In this document: piece after piece, positions 13,079 through 21,436 of the stretch
Layout: each line of letters begins with the position of its first letter
Numbering within the stretch: position 1 is the first letter of the stretch
From: Myxococcota bacterium
GTDB lineage: Bacteria > Myxococcota > JACRCW01
Reading direction: 5' to 3'
DNA: 38,690 nucleotides
Assembly (NCBI GenBank): GCA_040752415.1
Contig: JBFMGU010000086.1
Location: forward strand, 1-38,690
Notes under the pieces: model-generated
Database searches by the model: none
Told to the model about the DNA's origin: nothing
Seen by the model: only the letters and a program-made list of their open reading frames with translations
Program-made: the position numbers and the translations under genes

Positions 13079-13945
13079 TCAGCGCAGCTTGACCATGTCC
13101 TCGTAGGTCTCGGGCCGACGGTCACGGAAGAACTGCCAGGTCTTGCGCACCTCGTCGATCATCTCGAGGTCGATCTCGGCGGTGATGAGCTCTTCCTTCT
13201 CCTCGCTGGCCATGGCCACGAAGTTGCCGCGCGGGTCGACGATGTAGCTGCTGCCGTAGAAGCGGCCGATGTTCCAGGGCGCCTCCGTGCCCACGCGGTT
13301 GCTGGCCGCCACGAAGTAACCGTTGGCGACGGCGTGCGCGGGCTGCTCCAGCTTCCACAGGTACTGGCTCAGACCGGCCACCGTTGCCGACGGGTTGAAC
13401 ACGATCTCCGCGCCGTTGAGGCCCAGGATGCGGGCGCCCTCGGGGAAGTGGCGGTCGTAGCAGATGTACACGCCCACCTGCCCGTAGCGCGTCTTGAACG
13501 TGGGGTAACCGAGGTTGCCGGGCTTGAAATAGTACTTCTCGAAGAAGCCCGGGTTGACCTGCGGGATGTGGTTCTTGCGGTACTTGCCCAGGTACGTCCC
13601 GTCGGCGTCGACGACCGCGGCGGTGTTGTAGAAGACGCCGGCCATCTCGCGCTCATAGATGGGGACCACCATGGCCATCTGATACTTCTTGGCGTACTGG
13701 GCCATCATCTCCGTCGTGGGACCGGGGACGGACTCGGCGGTGTCGTACCACTCGGTGCTTTGCGCGGGGCAGAAGTACGGCGTGGAGAAGATTTCCTGCA
13801 GTCCCAGGATCTGGACGCCTTTCTTGCCTGCTTCCTCGATGAACGGCAGGTGCCGCTCAATCATCGCCTTCTTGATGGTGTCGACGGGTCCCGTGGTCAC
13901 CGGCGTGCTGGTCTGGATGAGGCCAACCTTGACTTTCCTGGGCAT
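13079..13945 (-). CDS. Nitrilase-family carbon-nitrogen hydrolase, beta-ureidopropionase-like
   Basis: E-K-C triad (LQEIF, YRKNHIP, ICYDRHFPE); directly upstream of dihydropyrimidinase. Confidence 0.9.
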   Translation of the reverse strand: MPRKVKVGLIQTSTPVTTGPVDTIKKAMIERHLPFIEEAGKKGVQILGLQEIFSTPYFCPAQSTEWYDTAESVPGPTTEMMAQYAKKYQMAMVVPIYEREMAGVFYNTAAVVDADGTYLGKYRKNHIPQVNPGFFEKYYFKPGNLGYPTFKTRYGQVGVYICYDRHFPEGARILGLNGAEIVFNPSATVAGLSQYLWKLEQPAHAVANGYFVAASNRVGTEAPWNIGRFYGSSYIVDPRGNFVAMASEEKEELITAEIDLEMIDEVRKTWQFFRDRRPETYEDMVKLR

Positions 13946-14083
13946 GGGCTCGCTCCTGTGCGTGAAGGAAGACGCGCAGGTTTAGAGCCCCTCAACGGCC
14001 TGATGTGCAAGCGGATTTGCCGCGGTTCGGATGGTTGTCGGACCGCGATGACGCAGTGTGCAAACGCGGCCGTTGGCCCGAGC

Positions 14084-16018
14084 TCACATCGTCTTGAGGT
14101 AGGCCGCCAGCGCCACGAGGTCTTTGTCCGAAAGGTGTGAGCCGCGGCCCATGCGGTCGGTACGGACCAGCCGCTCCAGCACTTCCTCGACGGTGGCCGC
14201 GGAACCGTCGTGCAGATACGGCCCGCTGGCATCCAGGCCAATGAGCACCGGTGTCTGCACGCCACGCAGCTGCCCGTCGTCGACGCCCACGTCGTGCGAG
14301 AGGTTGTCGGTGAAGTATTCGCCCATGTGGCAGTCGCGGCAGCCCACTGCGGGGTCGTCGAAGAGGTCCTTGCCGCGCTGCTGCACCTCGTCGAGCGGGG
14401 CGGTGCGCAAGGGGGATGCGCGGGTGGGGCTGTCCGGCGCGGGCAACGTGTCAATGAACGCGGCCACCGCGTCGAGCTGTTGGCCGTTGAGGCCGGTGCC
14501 GCCCATGAACTCATTGATGGTGCGTTGCAGCCCGTAGTGGTTGGCCAGCTCGCCACCCCAGTGGAGCGGTGCTGTCGTCGTGGCCAGGCCCTTGTGCTCT
14601 TCGGTGGCGGCGGAGAGGTTCATGGTGTTGCGTCGTCCGTCGATGAAGGGCCACACGCGCCCGTCGGCGCGACCGTCGGGGTGACACATGATGCAGGTGA
14701 CGCCGCCCATGGTGCACTCCCGCTGCGCCGTCATGAACAGCTTGCGACCATCCTGCACCTGCACCGGCAACGGGGAGTCCGCGTAGCGCAGGGTTTCCGT
14801 CGTCACGGGCTGGGGGCCCAGGGACGCGGCGAGCTTCTCGTTGAGCGGGAGGTCATTGAACGCGGGCACCGCCGGAACGGGAATGATGGACAACGTCAGG
14901 TCCCCCGCATTGCGCACGACGAGGAACCGTCCATCCTTGCTGGCCGCCAGCCCGTCGGCGCCGTGGCCAACGTTGAACACGTGCGCCAATCCGTCGCGCG
15001 TACCGTCGGCGTTGCGACGCCAGATGTTGAGCTGCCGCGTCCCACGCGCCAATGCCGCAAAGCCCCGGTCCCCGTCGACGTACGCGGCCGTAATGGGCTC
15101 GGTGAAGCTCTCCCGCAGTTGCGTGTTGTTGATGGTGAGCAGCGCGCTGGTGGACTCCTCCTTCGTGGTGAAGCTGCCCTCCACGGCCTGATTCGCGGGG
15201 TCGTCGCGCGGCGTGGCGTCGGAGCGGACCGCGTCCTTGGCGACGTCGATCTGCGTGATGGTGGGCGTGGCCGCCATGTATTCCTGACCGTTGCCGAGGT
15301 ATCCGGGCCAGCCGCTGTTGCCCTGCTTGGGCGTGATGTCCGTGTTCAGGCTCACGTGGGCGATGCCGATCTCGTCGCCACCAAAGCTGAGCGTGAGGCT
15401 GTTGAGCAGGCTGGGATGGAGCGGGGAGGTGGTGGTGCGGAGCGTGATGTCGCGCAGGTGGACCTCATCCAGCGACGGGGAGATCACGCTGAGCGCGTGC
15501 GAGAGGAAGTGGCTCACGTAGATGCGGCCGTCCCTGGTCACCGCGAGCGCGCGCGGCTGCGGCAGCTCCAGGTCCACCCGCTTGAGCAACGCCCCGGAGT
15601 CCACGTCCACGACGACAATCGCCTTCTCCCCGGACAACGCCACGGCGAGGCGGAACTCGTCCAGGAAGGTGAGGCCGATGGGCTCCACGCCCACCGTGAT
15701 GGTGCGCAAGACCTCGTGCGTGTCGGAGTGGAGGATGGTGACGGTACGGTCACCGCGGTTGCTGACGGCCACGTGATTGCCGTGCTTGGTGACCTGCGCG
15801 GGATTCCGTCCCACCTTGGTGGCAACGCGCTCGGCGCTGTCCAGGTCCAGGAACACCACCTGCTCATTGTCCCCGTCGACGACGACCGCCGTGCGATCCC
15901 CCAACAACGCCACCGTGCTGTGCTGCGGACCGGAAGCGTTGCCTTCCGCCGGCTTGACGTTGGGACAGCCCATCATGAACGCAAGACAGACCAGGACCCC
16001 TGCACGCAGCTGGTGCAT
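14084..16018 (-). CDS. Secreted or lipoprotein beta-propeller (YVTN-like) fused to di-heme cytochrome c peroxidase/MauG-like domain
   Basis: Signal ending MMGC; VGRNP, VGVEP, QPRALAVT propeller repeats; CIMCH and CRDCH; RNT, PLHWGG and PYLHDGS motifs; GGAGG RBS. Confidence 0.85.
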   Translation of the reverse strand: MHQLRAGVLVCLAFMMGCPNVKPAEGNASGPQHSTVALLGDRTAVVVDGDNEQVVFLDLDSAERVATKVGRNPAQVTKHGNHVAVSNRGDRTVTILHSDTHEVLRTITVGVEPIGLTFLDEFRLAVALSGEKAIVVVDVDSGALLKRVDLELPQPRALAVTRDGRIYVSHFLSHALSVISPSLDEVHLRDITLRTTTSPLHPSLLNSLTLSFGGDEIGIAHVSLNTDITPKQGNSGWPGYLGNGQEYMAATPTITQIDVAKDAVRSDATPRDDPANQAVEGSFTTKEESTSALLTINNTQLRESFTEPITAAYVDGDRGFAALARGTRQLNIWRRNADGTRDGLAHVFNVGHGADGLAASKDGRFLVVRNAGDLTLSIIPVPAVPAFNDLPLNEKLAASLGPQPVTTETLRYADSPLPVQVQDGRKLFMTAQRECTMGGVTCIMCHPDGRADGRVWPFIDGRRNTMNLSAATEEHKGLATTTAPLHWGGELANHYGLQRTINEFMGGTGLNGQQLDAVAAFIDTLPAPDSPTRASPLRTAPLDEVQQRGKDLFDDPAVGCRDCHMGEYFTDNLSHDVGVDDGQLRGVQTPVLIGLDASGPYLHDGSAATVEEVLERLVRTDRMGRGSHLSDKDLVALAAYLKTM

Positions 16019-16066
16019 TCGCGACCTCCGGACGGGGGCACGCGCCCCGCAGTTCTCGCGCAGGGC

Positions 16067-16082
16067 TGCAAGCGTGGTGCCT
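16067..16082 (-). promoter_or_regulatory. Putative sigma54 (-24/-12) promoter
   Basis: AGGCACCACGCTTGCA on - strand (GG-N10-GC, close to TGGCACG-N4-TTGC), about 50 nt upstream of ATG 16018. Confidence 0.6.
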
Positions 16083-16161
16083 GACAGGAATGTCGTGGGG
16101 ACGAGGATTTCCGACGAGAAGCGTGAGGCCCGCGCGCATCAGTGAGGCGCGGTCACCGCAA

Positions 16162-17220
16162 TCAACCGCCCTTGGAGCGCTGGGTCTTGAACCACTCCAC
16201 CTGCCACTTCTTCACGTTCTTCTCATGGCACTGCAGCGTCTCGCAGAAGATGTGCGTGCCGTTGTTCATGCTGACGAAGAAGAACGCGGGGCACTTCTCC
16301 GGCTCCACGGCGGCGTGGATGGCGGCGGTGCCGGGGCTGGCAATGGGGCCGGGCGGGAGGCCGGGAATGACGTACGTATTGTACGGGTGCGGCGTCTCCA
16401 GGTCCTTCTTGGTGATGTTCCCGGCGTAGTTCTGGATGCCGTAGATGACGGTGGGGTCGGTCTGCAGCTTCCACTTCTCACGCAGGCGGTTGTGGAACAC
16501 GCAGCTGATCTTGGGCCGCTCCTGCGGCGCACCGGTCTCCTTCTCGACGATGCTGGCCAACGTCAGGATCTGGTGCGGGTCCAGCCCCACGGCCTTCCCC
16601 TTTTCGATGATCTCCGGCGTGAGAGCCTGGTTCATGCGCTGTCGCATGTGGCGGAGGATGTCCTTGGCGCTGATGCCGGCGGGGAAGCGGTACGTGTCCG
16701 GGAAGAGGTAGCCCTCCAGGTGCTTCTGCGCGGGCGGGACCTCCAGGGCCTTCACGAACTCGTCGTCATAGGCGAGGGCGACGATCTCCTCTTCCTTGGC
16801 CAGCCCGGACGCGCCGATGATGCGCGCGATGTCCTTGAGGTTGCTGCCCTCGGGAATGGTGAACTTGTAGGTGACCACGTCACCCTTGCTGAGCTTGGCG
16901 ACGATCTCCGACGGAGTCAGGCCCGGGCTGATGTCGTATTCACCGGGTCGCAGGAGGCCGTCGGACTTCTTGATGAGGCGCGTGTACCAGTAGAACTGTC
17001 GGGCGCTCTTGATGACGCCTTCACGTTCCAGCGCGCTGGCAATCTGTCGGGCGTTGGCGCCCTTGGGAATGCGGACGCGGAGGGGCGCGGCCTTCTTGTC
17101 GTCGCTGAGGGCCTGGTCACCGTAACCCTGGAGCTTGCGGTAGCCAGCATACGCGGTCCCGCCAACGGCCAGCGCCAGCAGCACCACGGTCACCAGAATG
17201 GCTTTCAACACCTTGGCCAT
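16162..17220 (-). CDS. mltG: Endolytic transglycosylase MltG
   Basis: N-terminal TM helix, TIPEG, LEGYLFPDTY, LASIVEKE, LQTDPTVIY, YNTY and GLPPGPIASPG motifs. Confidence 0.95.
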   Translation of the reverse strand: MAKVLKAILVTVVLLALAVGGTAYAGYRKLQGYGDQALSDDKKAAPLRVRIPKGANARQIASALEREGVIKSARQFYWYTRLIKKSDGLLRPGEYDISPGLTPSEIVAKLSKGDVVTYKFTIPEGSNLKDIARIIGASGLAKEEEIVALAYDDEFVKALEVPPAQKHLEGYLFPDTYRFPAGISAKDILRHMRQRMNQALTPEIIEKGKAVGLDPHQILTLASIVEKETGAPQERPKISCVFHNRLREKWKLQTDPTVIYGIQNYAGNITKKDLETPHPYNTYVIPGLPPGPIASPGTAAIHAAVEPEKCPAFFFVSMNNGTHIFCETLQCHEKNVKKWQVEWFKTQRSKGG

Positions 17221-17285
17221 GGGTCGTCATTCTATCTCGGAAAGGGGGCGCGGAGGCTCCTCCTCCGGGCCCATGCCTGTCCAGT

Positions 17286-17717
17286 TCAATGCGCCTGACG
17301 GTCGCGAGCTTCCAGGTATCCCGTCAGGATGGCCACCGCTGCCGCCTGGTCCACGGCACCCTTTTCGCGCCGCTTGCTCTTGGGCAGGTGCGCAAGCGCG
17401 GCCTTGGCCTCGAGGCTGGTTCCCCACTCGTCCATGTAGTCCACGGCCAGCCCCGCGGCGGCCAACGCCTCCCCCAGCCGGCGCGCGCGCTTGGCACTTC
17501 CACTTTCGCTCTGGTCGGCGTGCGCGGGCAGACCCACCACCACGCCTTCCGCCTCCTCCTTGCGCGCCAACGCGACGATGCGCTCGGAATCCTGACGGAG
17601 GCTGATGGCGTCGAGAGTGACAAGGGGATGGGCCAGCATGCCGGCGTGATCACTGACCGCCACGCCAATGCGTCGTGAGCCCACGTCCAGTGCGAGAAGG
17701 CGTTTCCCCGTCAGCAT
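17286..17717 (-). CDS. ruvX: YqgF/RuvX family nuclease
   Basis: LALDVGSRRIGVAVSD, VVVGLP, DEWGTS and VDQAAA motifs; upstream of mltG. Confidence 0.93.
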   Translation of the reverse strand: MLTGKRLLALDVGSRRIGVAVSDHAGMLAHPLVTLDAISLRQDSERIVALARKEEAEGVVVGLPAHADQSESGSAKRARRLGEALAAAGLAVDYMDEWGTSLEAKAALAHLPKSKRREKGAVDQAAAVAILTGYLEARDRQAH

Positions 17718-17720
17718 CAC

Positions 17721-18866
17721 TCAGCTTGCCTGCCCGTCCTCGCGCTCCATGTCGTCGACGTCCTTGAGGAGCTGCTTCATGCGTTCCAGGCTCTGCTCGG
17801 TGCGCGTGACCCAGACGTTGTCCGCGCCGGTCCTGCGCGCCATGTTCACGGTGCTCTCGTAGATGCCCATGGCCTTGCGCACCAGCACCGCCACCTTCTT
17901 GCGCAGCTCCCGACGGTAGATGTCCGCCTGCTCGGCATCCATGTCCGGCGGCACGGGGAGGTTCACCATCTCGTCGTGGAGATCCTCGTACAGGCTGCCC
18001 ACCTTGAAGCCCGCGGCGGAGGCCCACCCGGCGTGACCGGTGCGGATGACCTTGAGGAACGCGTATTGCGCACGCAGCAGGCGCTGGCATTTCTCCTCGA
18101 GCTGGTCCGCCATCTCCTTCTCGTTGCCATTGGCGGGCATCTTCAGCTTGTACTCGGTGAACTCCAGCCGGAGGATCTCGGCGAGGTAGAACAGTGCCTG
18201 CGCGTGGTGGTAGTCGTTCTCCAGGCGCGCATCCTGCTCCGCGGCCTTGCGCAGCTTCACCGCCTCCGCGAACCGGTACTCCGCCGTGGCGCGGTCACCC
18301 AGCATGAACCAGCCAATGCCGCTGTCGACGAGCGCCTCGATGCGGTCCTCCGTCTCCAGCTCCTCACCCAGCATGGTGTCGAAAGTGTCCACCACCTCCT
18401 GGTAGCGCCCGAGCATGGCCAGGCACGCTCCGCGCTTGAACGTGGCGTCACGACGATCCTGGTCGGTCTTGGCGTTGGCGAGGAACGCGTCAAAGTGCGG
18501 GAGCGCGCTGGTGGGATCCCCGCTCTCCATCAGCGCGACGCCGAGGTTGTAGTGCGCGGCGTTGACGTAGGAGCTGTCCGGGAACTCGTCGAGGAGCTTC
18601 TGGAAGTACTGCCGCGCCTCCACGTACTGCCGGCCGTCCAGGAACTCGATGCCGCGGTTGAACAGCGTTTCCGCGTCGTAGACGGAGAGCGCGTCGGGCG
18701 TGTCCGTCTTGGCCACCACCTTGATGGGCTCCAGCTTGACCGGCTCCTTGGGAGGGGCGGGCTGCGCGGGAGGCGGGGGCGCGGGCTTGGAGGCGGACTG
18801 CGACGTGGCACAGCCCACCGGGAACGCGGACAGGACGACGACGAGCAGCGCGGCAGGACGGCGCAT
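17721..18866 (-). CDS. Tetratricopeptide repeat lipoprotein
   Basis: Lipobox-like PVG-C; TPR helices (LFNRG, FPDS, AHYNLG, ALFYLAE); abuts ruvX. Confidence 0.85.
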   Translation of the reverse strand: MRRPAALLVVVLSAFPVGCATSQSASKPAPPPPAQPAPPKEPVKLEPIKVVAKTDTPDALSVYDAETLFNRGIEFLDGRQYVEARQYFQKLLDEFPDSSYVNAAHYNLGVALMESGDPTSALPHFDAFLANAKTDQDRRDATFKRGACLAMLGRYQEVVDTFDTMLGEELETEDRIEALVDSGIGWFMLGDRATAEYRFAEAVKLRKAAEQDARLENDYHHAQALFYLAEILRLEFTEYKLKMPANGNEKEMADQLEEKCQRLLRAQYAFLKVIRTGHAGWASAAGFKVGSLYEDLHDEMVNLPVPPDMDAEQADIYRRELRKKVAVLVRKAMGIYESTVNMARRTGADNVWVTRTEQSLERMKQLLKDVDDMEREDGQAS

Positions 18867-18950
18867 GGGGCACCCGGGAGACGTCATGGCGTGTTGGACA
18901 CGCGCTGGCGCCTGAGGTTCCGCGCAGCGTAGCACGCGAGGGGGTGCGCT

Positions 18951-20078
18951 TCAGCGGGCGCGCGGGGAGGCCGCCTTGCCGTTCCGCGACGACTTGGCCG
19001 GGGCCTTCTTCCGAGGGGCGGGACGGGCGGGGGCGCTGTGGTCCACCAGGCCTTGGAGCGCGCGGGGATCCGCGGGCACCTCGGTCACCAGGCGGAGGCC
19101 CGGGCGTGCGAACAGCGCGAACGGGATGGACGACGCGACCAGGCTGATGGTGGCCTCATCACCGCTGCATCCCTCGGGGATGGTGATGTGCACCGGCGGG
19201 GTGCCGTGGATGAAGATCTCGTCGCGCGGGTTCTCGCTGGCGGCGGCGATTTCCAGGATGAACGTGATCTTCTCCTCGCCGCCCACGTAGCCGCGCGCCC
19301 GTTGCGTGGCGCCGCGAATCTGCCCGCGCTCCAGCACGCCCACCGGGGTGCTCATGGTCTCGCGCACCACCTCCGGCGAGATGGACTCCCGGTAGTCGGT
19401 GAGGCGCCAGCCCAGGCCACGCGCCACGAGATACATGGACTCGCGCAGACCCACGTGGCCCACGCCACCGTCGAGCGCGCGCTCCGCAAAGAGGGTGGGG
19501 CTCATCCCGCCGCCCATGCGCGCCAGCAGCTGCGGTCGACGACGATTCGCGTCCACCACGCGCGTCACTTCCACGCGCTGGATGTCGCGCGTCACCTGCG
19601 CCAGCGTCAGGACCAGGCGGTCCATCACGAAGCCCGGGTTCACGCCCGCCATCACCACCACCACACCCCGACGCTTGCACGCCTCATCCATCTTCTCGGC
19701 GAGCTCGCGGTCATGGAGCACCGGGTTGGCCATCTCCTCCGCGGTGGTGATGACGCTGCAGCCGTGGCCAATCAGCGTGAAGATGTCGTCGGCAACCTCG
19801 TGCAGGCGGCTGCCGGTGGCCAGGAGGCACAGACGTGGACGGGAGCTGCGGAGCGCGTCCTCCAGCTCGCTCTTGATGGTGATGCCGGCGCTCGCATCCT
19901 CGCCGAGCACGCGACCCAGATCCTTGCCAGCGCGTCCCGGCGCGGGGTCCACCGCGGACACCACCTCGACGGTGTCCAGCTTGCGGACGGCCTTGGCAAT
20001 GGCCAGACCGATGGAACCGAGGCCTACCAGGATGGTGCGGGCGGGGAGTCGGTCCTGCTGCCTGGTCGGTGCGTTCAT
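18951..20078 (-). CDS. NAD(P)-dependent dehydrogenase, dihydrodipicolinate reductase-like / 2,4-diaminopentanoate dehydrogenase family
   Basis: GLGSIG Rossmann motif, VITTAEE, GVNPGFVMD, GHVGLRES and GDEAT motifs. Confidence 0.82.
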   Translation of the reverse strand: MNAPTRQQDRLPARTILVGLGSIGLAIAKAVRKLDTVEVVSAVDPAPGRAGKDLGRVLGEDASAGITIKSELEDALRSSRPRLCLLATGSRLHEVADDIFTLIGHGCSVITTAEEMANPVLHDRELAEKMDEACKRRGVVVVMAGVNPGFVMDRLVLTLAQVTRDIQRVEVTRVVDANRRRPQLLARMGGGMSPTLFAERALDGGVGHVGLRESMYLVARGLGWRLTDYRESISPEVVRETMSTPVGVLERGQIRGATQRARGYVGGEEKITFILEIAAASENPRDEIFIHGTPPVHITIPEGCSGDEATISLVASSIPFALFARPGLRLVTEVPADPRALQGLVDHSAPARPAPRKKAPAKSSRNGKAASPRAR

Positions 20079-20286
20079 GGGTCACCCTTGTACGCGGCAT
20101 TGCCACCGAACCGCGACAATATGGCGGCGGGTCATCCCCGTCGCAGCCCGTGGCCCCCCGCGGCCGAGCGCAGTGCCACCCGGATGGTGGGGCTTTGTCA
20201 AGCCGTCATGAACACGGTGAGGTCAGCGCCCGGGGTTTGTTGCCAGGCTGCGCGGGCGTGGGGCATGGGTACCGCGCGAGGTCGCG

Positions 20287-21435
20287 ATGCGAAGCAGTGG
20301 GGCGTTGGCCCTGGTGGCCACGGTGGGGCTGTGGTCGTGCCAGGGCACGGAGCGTGTGGAACCGAGAGCAACCAGCGCCACCACCAGCGCGTCCTCGTCG
20401 TCATCCTCCAGCAGCTCGAGCAGCTCCAGCGCGTCCAGCTCCGCATCATCTTCATCGTCGGGTGGGCGTTCGTCGTCGCGGGGGAGCAGCTCTACCAGCT
20501 TAAGCAGCTCGTCATCTTCTTCGTCGTCCTCGTCCAGCAGCAGCTCTTCAAGTGGTGCGGCGGACGCGGGGACGGACGCGGGCGTGGTGGCCTGTGCCGC
20601 CGAAGTGAACAGCGCGATCTACGAGCGTCGCATCGAGCCCCTGGTCACCGGTGGTCAGCCCAACAGCTGCAACCAGTGCCATCTCTCCGGCGTGGATCTC
20701 TCCATGTTCGTGCGCGAGACGCCGTGCAATTCCATGGCGTGCCTGCAGTACATGGGCATGGTGAACTTCGCGAACCCGGCGGCGAGCCCGATCCTGAACA
20801 TGATCCGCATGGCACAGCCGGACAGTCCGCTCATCACCCAGGACGTCATCAACGCCGAGCACCAGGGCTTCCTGGAGTGGATCAGGTTCAGTGCGTCGTG
20901 TCAGGCGGAGGTGTGCGGGCAGATTGCGGATCCCTGCAGCACCGGTGCGGACGCAGGACCGCCCACCAACGTCATCACGCCACTGGGGAGCTGCTCGGAA
21001 TCGTCACTGGCGAGCTCGTTCTACGCCAAGGTCTATGACTTCCGTGACCGCTGCACCGCCTGCCACGCCATGCCGCACGCCGACGTGGTGGACGCGCCCG
21101 CGTTTTTCGAGAAGGAGGACACGCTCGAGGCGTCACTGCGAAGCATGTACAACGTCATTGGCCTGGGTGCGGTCGACGTCGTGAATCCGGCGGAGAGCAC
21201 ACTGCTCACCAAACCGCTGCAAGGCGTGGTGGAGCACGGCGGCGGAGACAAGTTCCATGACACCGGTGACGTCACGTACCAGTCGTTCCTGAGCTGGATC
21301 GTGGAATACTCGGCGTGCCGGGTCCCCGACGGTGGCGTGCTGCTGGACGCCGGTCGCCCTGACGCGACGACGGTGGACGCCTCCGCGCCGCGGGATGCCG
21401 GTGCCCCACGTGACGCAGCGACGGGCGGCGGGTGA
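20287..21435 (+). CDS. Putative di-heme c-type cytochrome lipoprotein with poly-Ser linker
   Basis: Lipobox-like LWS-C; Ser tract; CNQCH and CTACH in two similar domains. Confidence 0.8.
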   Translation: MRSSGALALVATVGLWSCQGTERVEPRATSATTSASSSSSSSSSSSSSASSSASSSSSGGRSSSRGSSSTSLSSSSSSSSSSSSSSSSSGAADAGTDAGVVACAAEVNSAIYERRIEPLVTGGQPNSCNQCHLSGVDLSMFVRETPCNSMACLQYMGMVNFANPAASPILNMIRMAQPDSPLITQDVINAEHQGFLEWIRFSASCQAEVCGQIADPCSTGADAGPPTNVITPLGSCSESSLASSFYAKVYDFRDRCTACHAMPHADVVDAPAFFEKEDTLEASLRSMYNVIGLGAVDVVNPAESTLLTKPLQGVVEHGGGDKFHDTGDVTYQSFLSWIVEYSACRVPDGGVLLDAGRPDATTVDASAPRDAGAPRDAATGGG

Positions 21436-21436
21436 G

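Noticed and set aside
14006..14022. Possible sigma54 site upstream of the ureidopropionase-like gene
   Set aside because: GG to GC spacing is 11 rather than the required 10
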